Shown piece by piece: positions 47,062 through 59,538 of a stretch of 64,000 nucleotides of DNA. Origin of the DNA: Telmatospirillum sp. (GTDB lineage Bacteria; Pseudomonadota; Alphaproteobacteria; Rhodospirillales; Magnetospirillaceae); contig WASQ01000065.1 of assembly GCA_009712185.1 (NCBI GenBank), positions 41,235 through 105,234 of the forward strand, given 5' to 3'. Both the position numbers and the translations under genes were made by a program. The notes under the pieces were generated by a model. It was not told where the DNA came from and made no database searches. It saw only the letters and a program-made list of their open reading frames with translations. How positions within the stretch are numbered: position 1 is the first letter of the stretch; each line of letters starts with the position of its first letter.

Positions 47062-48092
47062 GGCGCCTCCTCGGCAAAAGCTTCGAACGGCTCGCCGGCT
47101 GACGCCGGATCGAACCCGAAAAAGTCGAAACTTGCTTCCATATGGGGTGGCAGCGGCGCGATCACATGGATGAGCCCTCCCCGCGGATGGGGAACCTTGA
47201 TGGCCCTCGCGTGCAGATGCAGCTTGCGGCTGACCCCCTGCCCGGCCAGATAGGCCTCCTGCCCCCCATATTTCCCGTCGCCCTGAATGGGATTGCCGAG
47301 CAGCGCGCAATGGGCGCGCAACTGATGGGTCCGTCCCGTCCGGGGTTCCAGCTCCAGCCAGGCCGCCTTTTTCAAAGCCCGGTCGACGATCCGGTAGTAG
47401 GTGCCGGCGTGCAGCCCCTCCTCCTCGTCCACCGCGCCCTTGTCGCCGCCCTTGTGGCCGGGAAGACGCCCGGCCATCTTGGCGAGCGGCGCATCAATGC
47501 GTCCCTCCGGATAGCGAGGCACACCGACAACGAGGGCCCAGTAACATTTCCGCGCGGCGCGGCTGCGGAAGGCCGCCGCCAGCCGGGCCGCCGCGGTGGC
47601 GGACCGGCCCAGCAGCAGGACGCCGCTGGTGTCCTTGTCCAGGCGATGGACCAGCCGCGGGCGTTCCGGCGCCCCCAGCGTCAGGACATCCAGCATTCCG
47701 TCCAGATGCCGTTCGAGGCTGGTGCCGCCCTGCACCGCAAGACCGGCGGGCTTGTTCAGAACCAGGACGTCGTCGTCCTTGTAAAGGACGGCATCGAGCA
47801 GGGCGCGGGCATCGGCGTCCGAAACGCGAAAGGAAGACCTGGCCGGTTGCGGACGCGCCCCGGCCGGCGCCGGATCGCCCAGAGGGGGAACCCGGATCGA
47901 TTGTCCGGACTCCAGTCTCTGGTTGGACTTCGCACGCTTTCCCGCGACCCGGATCTGCCCGGTCCGCAGCAGACGTTCGAGAAGGCCGTGGCCCACCTCA
48001 GGAAAATGCCGCTTGAACCAGCGGTCAAGGCGGAGGTCGGCTTCATCCTCGGCCACGGCCAGGGTCTGCACCGCCTTGGTGGGGGTCTCCAT
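47058..48092 (-). CDS. rluC: RluA-family 23S rRNA pseudouridine synthase (RluC-like)
   Basis: S4-like N-terminal region RLDRWF and the catalytic HRLDKDTSGVLLL motif. Start taken at 48092 because the ORF open to 48143 would overlap rarA. Confidence 0.88.
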   Translation of the reverse strand: METPTKAVQTLAVAEDEADLRLDRWFKRHFPEVGHGLLERLLRTGQIRVAGKRAKSNQRLESGQSIRVPPLGDPAPAGARPQPARSSFRVSDADARALLDAVLYKDDDVLVLNKPAGLAVQGGTSLERHLDGMLDVLTLGAPERPRLVHRLDKDTSGVLLLGRSATAAARLAAAFRSRAARKCYWALVVGVPRYPEGRIDAPLAKMAGRLPGHKGGDKGAVDEEEGLHAGTYYRIVDRALKKAAWLELEPRTGRTHQLRAHCALLGNPIQGDGKYGGQEAYLAGQGVSRKLHLHARAIKVPHPRGGLIHVIAPLPPHMEASFDFFGFDPASAGEPFEAFAEEAP

Positions 48093-48097
48093 TCTCG

Positions 48098-49426
48098 TCA
48101 CTCTTCGTTGGCGTCCGCGGCCCTGCGGCGCAATTTGTTCCAATAGTCGAGCCTCTTGCGGATTTCCCGCTCGAAGCCGCGCTCGACCGGCTCGTAAAAG
48201 GTCCGCCGGCTCATGCCCTCGGGAAAATAGTTCTGCCCGGAGAATCCATCGGCGGTATCGTGATCATAGACATAGCCGTCGCCATAACCCATCTCCTTCA
48301 TCATCCGGGTGGGCGCGTTCAGGATATGCATGGGCGGCATCAGGGACCCGGTCTCGCGGGCGGCTTTTTTGACAGCGCCGTAAGCCCGGTACACCGCGTT
48401 GGATTTCGGCGCGGTCCCGAGATAGATCACAAGCTGCGCCAGCGCAAGCTCTCCCTCCGGACTCCCCAGGCGCTCATAGACATCCCAGGCTGCCAGGGCC
48501 TGAACAACGGCCTGGGGATCGGCAAGGCCGACATCCTCGACGGCGAAACGGGTCAGACGCCGCGCGATGTAAAGCGGATCCTCCCCACCGGCCAGCATGC
48601 GCGCCATCCAGTAGAGCGCGGCGTCGGTATCCGACCCGCGCAGCGACTTGTGCAGGGCGCTGATCAGATTGTAATGCCCCTCCTGCGCCTTGTCGTAAAG
48701 CGGCGCACGTTTCTGGACGTGCCGCGCCAGGGCCGTGGCATCGAGGGTCGCGTCGGGCGGCAGGGCCGACACCTGCTCAGCCAGATTGAGAAGATAGCGA
48801 CCGTCCCCATCCGCCATGGCCCGCAGCGCCGCGCGCGCCTCCGCGTCGAGGGGCAACGGCCGGCCCGTCAGCGCCTCGACACGGCGGAGAAGCTTTTCCA
48901 GCGCCTCGTCGTCCAGACGCCGCAGCACCAGGACCTGGACACGCGACAACAATGCGGCATTCAGCTCGAACGACGGATTTTCCGTCGTGGCACCCACCAG
49001 GACCACGGTTCCGTCCTCGACATAGGGCAAAAACCCGTCCTGCTGCGCCCGGTTGAACCGGTGGATCTCATCGACGAACAGAAGAGTACCCTGTCCCGCG
49101 GCACGGCGCCGCCCGGCCTCCTCAAAAACCTTCCTGAGATCGGCAACGCCGGAAAACACCGCCGACAGAGGTTCGAACGCCAGATCGGTTTTCTGCGCCA
49201 GAAGACGGGCGATGGTGGTCTTGCCGCACCCCGGCGGCCCCCAGAGAACGATTGAGGACAGACGTCCCTGGTCCAGCATGCGGGCCAGGGGGCCGTCGCC
49301 ACCGACCAGATGGTCCTGCCCCACCACCTCGTCCAGTTGCTGAGGACGCAGGCGGTCGGCCAGCGGCCGCTGTGTCCTGTCCTCGAACAGGCTGCCCGTT
49401 CCCGCCTTGTCCCTTGCCATCACCAC
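48098..49426 (-). CDS. rarA: replication-associated recombination protein A (AAA+ ATPase)
   Basis: Walker A GPPGCGKTT, Walker B LLFVDEIHRFN and the MgsA C-terminal domain. Confidence 0.95.
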   Translation of the reverse strand: MVMARDKAGTGSLFEDRTQRPLADRLRPQQLDEVVGQDHLVGGDGPLARMLDQGRLSSIVLWGPPGCGKTTIARLLAQKTDLAFEPLSAVFSGVADLRKVFEEAGRRRAAGQGTLLFVDEIHRFNRAQQDGFLPYVEDGTVVLVGATTENPSFELNAALLSRVQVLVLRRLDDEALEKLLRRVEALTGRPLPLDAEARAALRAMADGDGRYLLNLAEQVSALPPDATLDATALARHVQKRAPLYDKAQEGHYNLISALHKSLRGSDTDAALYWMARMLAGGEDPLYIARRLTRFAVEDVGLADPQAVVQALAAWDVYERLGSPEGELALAQLVIYLGTAPKSNAVYRAYGAVKKAARETGSLMPPMHILNAPTRMMKEMGYGDGYVYDHDTADGFSGQNYFPEGMSRRTFYEPVERGFEREIRKRLDYWNKLRRRAADANEE

Positions 49427-49488
49427 GTCCTCCCGGCTGTCCCGTGACGCCCCGCCCGGGGCGGTCTGGGCGCCGCAGCTCCGCCGGC

Positions 49489-50886
49489 CTAATTGCCGAC
49501 CGTCAGCGTGAAGGTCTCGCCTCCGCGCCGGATTGCCATTGCCCAGCCGCGCCCCTGCCCCGCCAGAACGCCTTTCAACTCGCTCACCGAGCCGATCGGA
49601 CGGCCATTGATCTTGACGATGAAGTCGCCCGGCTGGAATTGCAGCCGGTTGGCGATCGTCCCCGGCCGGATCCGGGTGATGACCACGCCGCCGTCGCCGG
49701 ACGAGGCTCCCATCTCCTCCGCCAGAGCGGGGTTCATATTGGCGACCGTCGCGCCCGAGAACGGGTTATGCCCGTTGATCTCCGACGTGTCCCGCGGCGG
49801 GTTCTCCGGCGGAGGCTGGAGCCGGGCCTGGACCTGCCGTTCCTGCCCGCCCCGCGACACGGTCAACTGCGCGGTGGTCCCGACCGTCAGCGTCGCAATC
49901 CGGAAGCGCAGGCCCTCCGGGTCGTCCACCTCATGACCGTTGACCGAGACGATGACGTCTCCGACCTTCAGCCCGGCCTGCTCCGCCGGACTTCCGGCCT
50001 GGACGCCGTTCACCAGGACGCCGACCGGACGCGCAAGCTGAAGCGACTGGAACATCTCCGACGTCACCGCCTGACCGGTCGCGCCGAGCCAGGGCCGGAC
50101 AGCCTTGCCACCGGTCGTTATCCCGGACAGAACCGCTTTGACCATCGTCGAGGGGATCGCGAAACCGATGCCGATCGACCCGCCCCCCTGTCCGGAGGAA
50201 AAGATGGCGCTGTTGACGCCCACCAGACGCCCCTGGAGATCAACCAGCGCGCCACCGGAATTTCCGGGATTGATGGCGGCATCGGTCTGGATGAACGACC
50301 GGTAGTCGGTCCCCCCCACGGCCGTGCGGGCCAGTGCCGAGACGATCCCCATGGTCACCGTCTGACCGACGCCGAACGGATTGCCGATCGCCAGGACAAC
50401 GTCACCCACCTCGATCGCATCGGAATCTCCCAGGGGAAGAACCGGCAGGCTCTGGTCTCCGGTGCTGATCTTAAGCACCGCGAGGTCGGTCCTTTCGTCG
50501 GCGCCGACCACCGTGGCCTCGAACTCGCGCCGGTCGGCCAGCACGACCGTGATCTCATCGGAGTCGCGGATCACGTGATTGTTTGTCACCACCGTGCCGT
50601 CCGCCTTCACGATCACCCCCGATCCCAGGGATCGCTGCACCCGTTCCTGCGGAAGCCCCATCTGATTGCCGAAGAACTGCCGGAAAAAGGGATCGGCGAA
50701 CATCGGCGACATCGTCCGCACAACCTTGCGCGTATAGATGTTGACCACGGCGGGCGCCGCCTGACGGACGACCGGAGCGAAACTGAGCTGAAGCTGCTCC
50801 CGCGACTGGGGAACGGTCTCAGCCGACACCGGACCGGCGATCATTGCGCCAAGCAGAAATGCCTTGAGGAAGCGAGTGACGGTCAT
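49489..50886 (-). CDS. periplasmic serine endoprotease, DegP/DegQ (HtrA) family
   Basis: Signal peptide MTVTRFLKAFLLGAMIAGPVSA, catalytic GNSGGALV motif and two PDZ-like regions. Confidence 0.9.
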   Translation of the reverse strand: MTVTRFLKAFLLGAMIAGPVSAETVPQSREQLQLSFAPVVRQAAPAVVNIYTRKVVRTMSPMFADPFFRQFFGNQMGLPQERVQRSLGSGVIVKADGTVVTNNHVIRDSDEITVVLADRREFEATVVGADERTDLAVLKISTGDQSLPVLPLGDSDAIEVGDVVLAIGNPFGVGQTVTMGIVSALARTAVGGTDYRSFIQTDAAINPGNSGGALVDLQGRLVGVNSAIFSSGQGGGSIGIGFAIPSTMVKAVLSGITTGGKAVRPWLGATGQAVTSEMFQSLQLARPVGVLVNGVQAGSPAEQAGLKVGDVIVSVNGHEVDDPEGLRFRIATLTVGTTAQLTVSRGGQERQVQARLQPPPENPPRDTSEINGHNPFSGATVANMNPALAEEMGASSGDGGVVITRIRPGTIANRLQFQPGDFIVKINGRPIGSVSELKGVLAGQGRGWAMAIRRGGETFTLTVGN

Positions 50887-51008
50887 GACGATCTCGACGG
50901 CTGTGGGCGACAGGGCCCCGCGCACCCTGATGGTCCTGACGACGCCTTCCGGTGACGGGGCGTTTCCGGCTTACATGAAATCGCCGAAGGATTCCACGGG
51001 CATGGCGG

Positions 51009-51044
51009 AAAAGAGAAAAGGCAGCCCTTGCGGGGCTGCCTTTT
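51009..51044 (-). terminator. intrinsic terminator after rplQ
   Basis: Stem GGCAGCCC/GGGCTGCC (51020-51040) with loop TTGCG. On the minus strand it is followed by TTTTCTCTTTTCC. Confidence 0.65.
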
Positions 51045-51071
51045 CCACACGATTTCTGCGGAGAGGGCCGC

Positions 51072-51497
51072 TTATTCGGCGGTCTCGTCCTCGGCCGCGG
51101 CAACCTGCACCGGCCCGCTGTCCAGACCCTTGGCGGCCGGATCCCGGTCCACCAGCTCGATGATCGCCATCGGAGCGGAATCGCCGTAGCGGAAACCGGC
51201 CTTCAGAACGCGGGTGTAACCGCCGTTGCGGGCCTTGTAACGCTCCGCGATGGTGGTGAACAGCTTGCCGACGATCTTCTCGTCCTTCAGCACCGCCAGA
51301 GCCTGGCGGCGGGCGTGCAGATCGCCCCGCTTGCCCAGGGTGACGAGCTTCTCGGCGATCGGACGCAGATCCTTGGCCTTCGGCAGGGTGGTCTTGATCT
51401 GCTCATGCTTGATCAGCGCGTGGGCCAGGCTGGCAAACAGCGCCTTGCGCGACGAGCTGGTGCGATTGAGCTTACGACCGTTCAAACCATGACGCAT
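51072..51497 (-). CDS. rplQ: 50S ribosomal protein L17
   Basis: [21 protein letters not shown]..., located downstream of rpoA. Confidence 0.95.
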   Translation of the reverse strand: MRHGLNGRKLNRTSSSRKALFASLAHALIKHEQIKTTLPKAKDLRPIAEKLVTLGKRGDLHARRQALAVLKDEKIVGKLFTTIAERYKARNGGYTRVLKAGFRYGDSAPMAIIELVDRDPAAKGLDSGPVQVAAAEDETAE

Positions 51498-51681
51498 GAT
51501 AGTCTCTCCTCTGGGCTGGGTGTCGCGCACGACACCGATGACACACCCCGCCGCCATCGCCCGGAGGGCCTGTACGGCGGGAACATAACAACACTCTGGA
51601 ACGCCAAGCCGGGCCCGAAGGCCCGGCCTGTCACGACAGAGGCTCCGGCGTCACCGCCGGAGCCTTTGACCGATGGAATGC

Positions 51682-52698
51682 TCAGTAGGGCTCTTCCAGC
51701 TTCTTGGCCAGCTCTTCGATGTTCTCCGGCGGCCAGTTGGGAATTTCCATACCGAGGTGCAGCCCCATCTGGGACAACACTTCCTTGATCTCGTTGAGCG
51801 ACTTGCGGCCGAAATTCGGCGTGCGCAGCATCTCCGCCTCGGTCTTCTGAACCAGATCGCCGATATAGATAATGTTGTCGTTCTTGAGGCAGTTGGCGGA
51901 GCGGACCGACAGCTCAAGCTCGTCCACCTTGCGCAACAAATTCTTGTTGAAGGGCAGCTCGTCCTTCTTCTCCTCTTCGGTCACCGCCTGCGGTTCCTCG
52001 AAGTTGATGAAGAGCTGAAGCTGGTCCTGAAGAATGCGGGCCGCCAGGGCCACCGCGTCCTCGGGCGTCACGGCCCCGTTGGTCTCGACAACCATCGACA
52101 GCTTGTCATAGTCGGTGACCTGTCCGACGCGGGTATTCTCGACCTTGTAGGCGACCTTGCGGACCGGAGAGAAAATCGCGTCGATCGGGATCAGGGCGAT
52201 CGGCGAATCCTCGGGACGGTTCTGCGAGGCCGGGACATAGCCCTTTCCGCTTTCGACCGTCAGCTCCATGTTCAGGGTGGCGCCGTCATCGAGCGTGCAG
52301 AGGATGAGGTCCGGATCCATGATGTCGATGTCATGGCCGCTCTCGATCATGCCGGCGGTGACTTCGCCGGGACCGGTGGCCCGCAGCGTCATCCGCTTCG
52401 GCCCTTCGCCATGCATCCTGAGACCCAGGGTCTTGATATTGAGGATGATGTCGGTGACGTCCTCCCGGACACCCGGGATGGACGAAAACTCGTGGAGCAC
52501 ACCGTCGATGTGGATGGCCGTCACCGCAGCACCCTGCAGCGACGACAGCAGCACCCGACGCAGGGCGTTGCCAAGAGTAAGGCCGAACCCGCGCTCCAGC
52601 GGCTCGGCCACGACCGTGGCGCTGCGCGCCGGATCGGCACCGGGCTCAATGTTGAGCTTGTTCGGTTTGATCAGTTCCTGCCAGTTACGTTGAATCAC
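51682..52698 (-). CDS. rpoA: DNA-directed RNA polymerase subunit alpha
   Basis: [15 protein letters not shown]...[11 protein letters not shown]; 338 aa. Confidence 0.98.
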   Translation of the reverse strand: MIQRNWQELIKPNKLNIEPGADPARSATVVAEPLERGFGLTLGNALRRVLLSSLQGAAVTAIHIDGVLHEFSSIPGVREDVTDIILNIKTLGLRMHGEGPKRMTLRATGPGEVTAGMIESGHDIDIMDPDLILCTLDDGATLNMELTVESGKGYVPASQNRPEDSPIALIPIDAIFSPVRKVAYKVENTRVGQVTDYDKLSMVVETNGAVTPEDAVALAARILQDQLQLFINFEEPQAVTEEEKKDELPFNKNLLRKVDELELSVRSANCLKNDNIIYIGDLVQKTEAEMLRTPNFGRKSLNEIKEVLSQMGLHLGMEIPNWPPENIEELAKKLEEPY

Positions 52699-52808
52699 GA
52701 GCGTGACCTCTTGGCTTCAGAACGGCAGACAACCGCCGTGTTCTCTGCAACGACACTACCGCCGATCCGATGGGATCGGCGGCGTGCCTGGGGAAATCGC
52801 AATAGACC

Positions 52809-53201
52809 TCAGACGCGACGACGCTTGCGCGGGCGGCAACCGTTGTGCGGGATCGGCGTCACGTCGCGGATGGACGTGATCGCGAAACCAACGGTCTGAA
52901 GGGCGCGCAGGGCCGATTCACGACCGGCACCCGGTCCCTTGACCTCGACCTCGAGGGTCCGCATCCCATGCTCGGAGGCCTTGCGGCCGGCGTCCTCGGC
53001 GGCAACCTGCGCCGCGTAGGGCGTGGACTTGCGCGAACCCTTGAACCCCTGCATGCCCGACGACGACCAGGCGATGGTGTTGCCCTGCGCGTCGGTGATG
53101 GTGATCATGGTGTTGTTGAAGGTCGCATTCACATGCGCAACACCCGAGGTGATGTTCTTGCGTTCGCGCCGGCGCGGACGCTGAGCAGCTGCCTTGGCCA
53201 T
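52809..53201 (-). CDS. rpsK: 30S ribosomal protein S11
   Basis: [37 protein letters not shown]; ATG at 53201. Confidence 0.95.
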   Translation of the reverse strand: MAKAAAQRPRRRERKNITSGVAHVNATFNNTMITITDAQGNTIAWSSSGMQGFKGSRKSTPYAAQVAAEDAGRKASEHGMRTLEVEVKGPGAGRESALRALQTVGFAITSIRDVTPIPHNGCRPRKRRRV

Positions 53202-53202
53202 A

Positions 53203-53580
53203 TTACTTCGTAACCTTCTTCTTGCCGGCGATCGGCTTGGCCGGACCCTTGCGGGTGCGGGCGTTGGTGTGGGTGCGCTGGCCGCGCACGGGCAGGCCGC
53301 GACGATGCCGCAGGCCCCGATAGCAGCCAAGGTCCATCAGCCGCTTGATATTCATCGCGACTTCGCGACGGAGGTCACCCTCCACATGATATTCGCGGTC
53401 GATCAACTCGCGAATCTTAAGAACTTCATCATCCGAAAGCTGGTTGACCCTTTTGGCCTCCGGAATGCCGACCTTCTCGATGATCTGCTGCGCCTTGGCG
53501 CGGCCAATCCCGTGAATATAGGTCAGCGCGATCAGCACCCGCTTATTAGTCGGGATATTTACGCCAGCGATACGCGCCAA
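53203..53580 (-). CDS. rpsM: 30S ribosomal protein S13
   Basis: [26 protein letters not shown]. Confidence 0.97.
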   Translation of the reverse strand: MARIAGVNIPTNKRVLIALTYIHGIGRAKAQQIIEKVGIPEAKRVNQLSDDEVLKIRELIDREYHVEGDLRREVAMNIKRLMDLGCYRGLRHRRGLPVRGQRTHTNARTRKGPAKPIAGKKKVTK

Positions 53581-53679
53581 GGCTGCCTACTCCTTACAAC
53601 TCGAATCAAACAAGACAAAGCACCCAGCTCGCAGCCGGGAATCCGAAGGTGCGCGATTATAGGGCGATTCATTGCCCTG

Positions 53680-54339
53680 TCAACCGACCGATGCACCTTC
53701 GACGATCTCTTTCAGTCGTTTCGTCACGTCCGCGATCGGCAACGTGCCGTCGATCACTTTCAGGACGCCCTTCTTTTCGTAGAACGGAAGGATGGGCGCC
53801 GTCTGGGCGTGATAAGCGTCCAACCGCGACTGAACGGTCTCGGCCTTGTCGTCGGCGCGCCGGGAGAATTCCGTCCCCCCGCAACTGTCGCAGACTCCAT
53901 CCACCTTGGGACGCTGAAACTTGTCATGGTAGCCCGCGCCGCATTTGGCACAGGTGAACCGGCCGGTGATCCGCTCGACGATCATATTGTCCGGGACCCG
54001 GACCTCAATGGCGGCGTCGATGCCGATCCCGCGCTCCCGCAGCATCACGTCCAAGGCCTCGGCCTGGGCAACGGTGCGCGGAAATCCGTCGAGAATGAAC
54101 CCCTTGGCAGCGTCCGGCTGCCCGATGCGGTCGGCGATGATGCCGATCACAATGTCATCGGACACCAGCTTGCCGGCGTCCATGACGGCCTTGGCCTTCT
54201 TTCCGATCTCGCTGCCCGACGCCACCGCAGCCCGCAGCATATCGCCTGTCGACAGATGCACCAGACCGTAGTCGTCCTGCAGCCTCTTCGCCTGCGTTCC
54301 CTTGCCGCCGCCGGGCGGCCCTAACAGGATCAGTCGCAT
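53680..54339 (-). CDS. adk: adenylate kinase
   Basis: MRLILLGPPGGGKGTQA P-loop and a zinc-lid CAKCG...CDSCGG. Confidence 0.97.
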   Translation of the reverse strand: MRLILLGPPGGGKGTQAKRLQDDYGLVHLSTGDMLRAAVASGSEIGKKAKAVMDAGKLVSDDIVIGIIADRIGQPDAAKGFILDGFPRTVAQAEALDVMLRERGIGIDAAIEVRVPDNMIVERITGRFTCAKCGAGYHDKFQRPKVDGVCDSCGGTEFSRRADDKAETVQSRLDAYHAQTAPILPFYEKKGVLKVIDGTLPIADVTKRLKEIVEGASVG

Positions 54340-54341
54340 GT

Positions 54342-55685
<1,344 letters not shown>

Positions 55686-55831
55686 GCCGTTCTCCGGACC
55701 CTAATGGTTAAAAGATCTGACGCGCCCTGACCGGCCGGCCGCCGAGCGGGACGGACCGCCCTCAGGTGACGCGGCACCCGACCCCGATCCTGGGGCCGGG
55801 TGCCCGGCATCGGACGGTCTGAACTGGGATC

Positions 55832-56320
55832 TCAGGCCGCCGGCTTCTCAGCCGGAGCCTTCTTCTCCAGAACCACGACGGAACCGCCGGCCTTCTCGAC
55901 GGCGGCGCGGGCCGCCGGAGTGACACCGGCAACCTCGATGGTCACCTTGCTGGTCAGCTCGCCCCGGCCGAGAAGACGGATGCCGTCCTTGGCCTGGGAG
56001 ATCACGCCGGCCGCCACCAGGGTAGCCGCCGTCACGGTCTCGCCGGCCGGCAGTTTGCCGGCAGTCAGAGCGGCCTGGAGACGGTCGAGGTTGACCTCGG
56101 CGAAATCCAGGCGGAACAGGTTCTTGAAGCCCCGCTTCGGCAGACGCCGGTAGATCGGCATCTGACCGCCTTCGAAGCCGTTGATGGCAACGCCGGTACG
56201 CGACGTCTGGCCCTTGACGCCCCGGCCGGAGGTCTTGCCCTTGCCGGAGCCGATACCGCGGCCGACGCGCATGCGCGCCTTGCGGGCGCCAGCGTTATCG
56301 CGAAGATCGTTCAGTTTCAT
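55832..56320 (-). CDS. rplO: 50S ribosomal protein L15
   Basis: [34 protein letters not shown]; ATG at 56320. Confidence 0.95.
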   Translation of the reverse strand: MKLNDLRDNAGARKARMRVGRGIGSGKGKTSGRGVKGQTSRTGVAINGFEGGQMPIYRRLPKRGFKNLFRLDFAEVNLDRLQAALTAGKLPAGETVTAATLVAAGVISQAKDGIRLLGRGELTSKVTIEVAGVTPAARAAVEKAGGSVVVLEKKAPAEKPAA

Positions 56321-56464
56321 TTCTCGTTCCTTCCGGCGGCCCGGGCCGCCTTGCAATCCTTGAAGCCCTCGCCCCGCCCGCTCCCTCACCGGCCTTGCCG
56401 TTCGGGCGCGGACGCCCGCCGGTCCGAAGGGTCCGGCGGGCGATGAGGGCGACCCGGCCTTGCC

Positions 56465-56674
56465 TTACTGCGCCTCGTCGACGCGCAGCAGGTGGCGCAC
56501 CTTGGCGATCATGCCGCGGACCGAGGGAGTGTCCTCAAGCTCGCGGGTGCGATGCATCTTGTTGAGCCCAAGCCCGACAAGCGTCGCCTCCTGATCGGCG
56601 GAACGGCCGATCGGGCTCCCGACCTGCGTCACCTTCACGGTCTTCTTGCCGGCGGCGTTTGCGCTGTTAGCCAT
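56465..56674 (-). CDS. rpmD: 50S ribosomal protein L30
   Basis: [14 protein letters not shown]...LGLNKMHR. The ATG at 56674 lies 8 nt after AAGGAG. Alternative starts are at 56680 and 56683. Confidence 0.92.
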   Translation of the reverse strand: MANSANAAGKKTVKVTQVGSPIGRSADQEATLVGLGLNKMHRTRELEDTPSVRGMIAKVRHLLRVDEAQ

Positions 56675-56679
56675 GGTCA

Positions 56680-57312
56680 TCACTCCTTGGCAACGGCGGC
56701 CGCGCCGTCACGGCGGCTGACGATCTCGCCGACCTTCTTGCCGCGCTTGGCGGCAATGGCGCGCGGGCTCGACACATTGGTCAGCGCGTCGAAGGTGGCC
56801 TTGATCATGTTGTGCGGGTTCGAGGTGCCGACGCACTTCGCCACCACGTCCTGCACCCCCATGGTCTCGAACACGGCGCGCATCGGGCCGCCGGCAATGA
56901 TGCCGGTACCCGCCGAGGCCGCCCGGAGCACCACCCGCCCGGCGCCGAAATGGCCCTGGGAGTCGTGATGCAGCGTCCGCCCTTCGCGCAGCGCAACGCG
57001 GATCATGTTGCGCTTGGCCTGGTCGGTGGCCTTGCGGATCGCCTCGGGCACCTCACGGGCCTTGCCCGATCCGTAACCGACGCGGCCCTTCTCGTCGCCC
57101 ACAACCACCAGGGCGGCGAAAGCGAAACGGCGTCCGCCCTTCACGACCTTGGCGACGCGGTTGATATGCACCAGCTTATCGACGATATCGCTTTCTTCCC
57201 GCTCACGCGGGTTCTGGTTCTCGGAATTCCGGCCCCGGCCCCTCTCGGAACGCTCGCCGCGTTCACCGCGGCTCGGCCGTTCGCCACGCTCGGCGTTCGG
57301 TGTACGTGCCAT
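56680..57312 (-). CDS. rpsE: 30S ribosomal protein S5
   Basis: [18 protein letters not shown] block with an Arg/Glu-rich N-terminal extension. Confidence 0.96.
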   Translation of the reverse strand: MARTPNAERGERPSRGERGERSERGRGRNSENQNPREREESDIVDKLVHINRVAKVVKGGRRFAFAALVVVGDEKGRVGYGSGKAREVPEAIRKATDQAKRNMIRVALREGRTLHHDSQGHFGAGRVVLRAASAGTGIIAGGPMRAVFETMGVQDVVAKCVGTSNPHNMIKATFDALTNVSSPRAIAAKRGKKVGEIVSRRDGAAAVAKE

Positions 57313-57326
57313 TCTCTCTGACCCCT

Positions 57327-57689
57327 TTAGAACGACAGCCCGCCTTCGCGGGCGGCATCGGCCAGGGCCTTGACCCGACCATGATAAATGTAGCCTCCAC
57401 GGTCGAACACCACCTCGGTGATGCCGGCCTTGACGGCGCGTTCGGCGATCAGCTTGCCGACCCGGGCAGCGGCCTCGGTGTCGGCACCGGTCTTCAACTC
57501 GGACTTGAGATCGGTCTCAAGCGAAGACGCGGCTGCCAGCGTGGCTCCCTTCACATCGTCGATAATCTGAGCATAGATATGCTTCGACGAACGGAAGACG
57601 GACAGACGCGGGCGCCCGCCGGCCTTCTTGCGAAGGGCGATACGGTTGCGCCGCTGACGGCGCAGGAAAAGTTCTTTCGGCGACAACAT
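57327..57689 (-). CDS. rplR: 50S ribosomal protein L18
   Basis: [20 protein letters not shown]...[22 protein letters not shown]. Confidence 0.96.
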   Translation of the reverse strand: MLSPKELFLRRQRRNRIALRKKAGGRPRLSVFRSSKHIYAQIIDDVKGATLAAASSLETDLKSELKTGADTEAAARVGKLIAERAVKAGITEVVFDRGGYIYHGRVKALADAAREGGLSF

Positions 57690-57698
57690 GGCGCGGCC

Positions 57699-58232
57699 CT
57701 ACTTCTTCTTGCCTTCCTTGCGGAGGATCGTTTCGGTCTCGTACTTGACGCCCTTGCCCTTGTAGGGCTCGGGGCCACGGTACGCGCGGATCTCAGCGGC
57801 AACCTGACCAACCCGCTGACTGTCCTTGCCGGTGATCGAGATGCTGGTGGGCTTCTCGCACTTGATGGACACGTCTTCAGGGATCGGGAAGTTCACGTCA
57901 TGCGAGAAGCCGAGCTGCAGTTGCAGGGTCTTGCCCTGAACGGCGGCACGGTAGCCGACGCCGTTGATCTCGAGATTGACGGTGAACCCCTCGGATACGC
58001 CCTTGACCATATTGTTGATCAGGGCCCGGGTGGTTCCCCACATCATGCGGGCGCGCTTGGTCTCAGACCGCGGCTTGACCCACACATGATCGCCGTCCAG
58101 GGAAGCCTCCACTTCGTCGGACACGCGGAGCGCGGAGACGCCCAGCTTGCCCTTAACGGAAACCTCGCCCTCGGCGATCGAGACGGTGACGCCGTTAGGC
58201 ACCACCACCGGATATTTACCGACTCGCGACAT
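57699..58232 (-). CDS. rplF: 50S ribosomal protein L6
   Basis: MSRVGKYPVVVPNGVTV...; ATG at 58232. Confidence 0.95.
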   Translation of the reverse strand: MSRVGKYPVVVPNGVTVSIAEGEVSVKGKLGVSALRVSDEVEASLDGDHVWVKPRSETKRARMMWGTTRALINNMVKGVSEGFTVNLEINGVGYRAAVQGKTLQLQLGFSHDVNFPIPEDVSIKCEKPTSISITGKDSQRVGQVAAEIRAYRGPEPYKGKGVKYETETILRKEGKKK

Positions 58233-58245
58233 TTCAGCGGCGCTC

Positions 58246-58641
58246 CTAGAACACTCGGCAGAGGACTTCGCCGCCGACATTGGCGGCGCGGGCCTCGGCG
58301 TCGGACATCACGCCACGCGGAGTCGACAGGATCGAGATACCCAATCCGTTCGAGACCTTCGGCAGGTCCTTGATCCTCGAATAGACACGGCGGCCCGGCT
58401 TCGACACGCGCGAGATCTCGCGAATGACGGGGGCACCTTCGTGGTACTTGAGCTCGATGGTCAGCTCGGAAATGCCAGCCCGCTGTTCGGCCTGGCTGTA
58501 GCCACGGATATAACCTTCGCGCTTCAGAACTTCGAGCACATTGGCACGGAGACGGGAAGCTGGCGCGGTCACACTGCTCTTACGGGCAAGCTGACCATTG
58601 CGGATGCGCGTCAGCATATCCCCAAGGGGATCAGTCATCAT
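58246..58641 (-). CDS. rpsH: 30S ribosomal protein S8
   Basis: [13 protein letters not shown].... Confidence 0.96.
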   Translation of the reverse strand: MMTDPLGDMLTRIRNGQLARKSSVTAPASRLRANVLEVLKREGYIRGYSQAEQRAGISELTIELKYHEGAPVIREISRVSKPGRRVYSRIKDLPKVSNGLGISILSTPRGVMSDAEARAANVGGEVLCRVF

Positions 58642-58653
58642 CTTCGGCGTCTC

Positions 58654-58959
58654 CTACCAGCTCGACTTCACCATGCCCGGGATCTGGCCCTTGGAGCCCA
58701 GTTCCCGAAGCTGGATACGGCACAGCTTGAACTTGCGGTAATTACCCCGCGGGCGGCCGGTCACGGCGCACCGCAGGCGGATGCGGGTCGCGGACGAATT
58801 CCGCGGCAGTTCCGCAAGTTTCAACGCCGCCTCGAAACGCTCTTCGAGGGTGACGGACTGATTCATAACGACGGCCTTCAGCTTAGCGCGGCGGTTCGCG
58901 TACTGCTTGGCCAGCTTCTCGCGCTTCTTGTTGCGCTCGACGGAGCTTGTTTTTGCCAT
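58654..58959 (-). CDS. rpsN: 30S ribosomal protein S14 (long form)
   Basis: [16 protein letters not shown]...MVKSSW; 101 aa. Confidence 0.96.
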   Translation of the reverse strand: MAKTSSVERNKKREKLAKQYANRRAKLKAVVMNQSVTLEERFEAALKLAELPRNSSATRIRLRCAVTGRPRGNYRKFKLCRIQLRELGSKGQIPGMVKSSW

Positions 58960-58983
58960 TGCCTTACTTTCTATCCAACCGGC

Positions 58984-59526
58984 TTAAGCGACGAACGGCA
59001 TCTGGAATGCCTTGAGGAGAGCCTTGCACTCCTCGTCCGACTTGGCCGACGTCACAAACACAATGTCCATACCACGCACGCGATCGACGCGGTCGTAGTT
59101 GATTTCGGGGAACACCAGCTGCTCCTTCAGGCCGAGCGCGTAATTGCCGCGCCCGTCGAAGCTCTTGCCGTTCACACCCCGGAAGTCACGGACACGCGGC
59201 AGGGCAATGGTGATCAGACGGTCAAGGAACTCGTACATCCGGTCCTTGCGCAACGTCACCTTGCAGCCGACAACCTGATTCTCGCGAAGCTTGAATCCGG
59301 CGATCGAGTTCTTCGCCCTCGTCACCACCGGCTTCTGGCCCGAGATCGCGGTCAGATCGGTGACGGCCCCTTCGATCTTCTTGGCATCCTGGGCGGCTTC
59401 GCCGACGCCCATGTTGATGACGATCTTCTCGAGATAGGGGACCTGCATCGGGTTCGAGTAGTGGAACTGATCCTGCAGGGCCTTTCGCACCGTGGAATCG
59501 TAAAAATCACGCAAACGCGCAGTCAT
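58984..59526 (-). CDS. rplE: 50S ribosomal protein L5
   Basis: [20 protein letters not shown] block. Confidence 0.96.
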   Translation of the reverse strand: MTARLRDFYDSTVRKALQDQFHYSNPMQVPYLEKIVINMGVGEAAQDAKKIEGAVTDLTAISGQKPVVTRAKNSIAGFKLRENQVVGCKVTLRKDRMYEFLDRLITIALPRVRDFRGVNGKSFDGRGNYALGLKEQLVFPEINYDRVDRVRGMDIVFVTSAKSDEECKALLKAFQMPFVA

Positions 59527-59538
59527 GATCTCTTCCCC

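Noticed and set aside
53581-53679. Missing rpmJ, infA and rpsD in the spc/alpha region as a possible deletion
   Set aside because: This gene order (secY-adk-rpsM-rpsK-rpoA-rplQ) is the usual alphaproteobacterial layout. rpmJ is found elsewhere in the window at 1739-1864.
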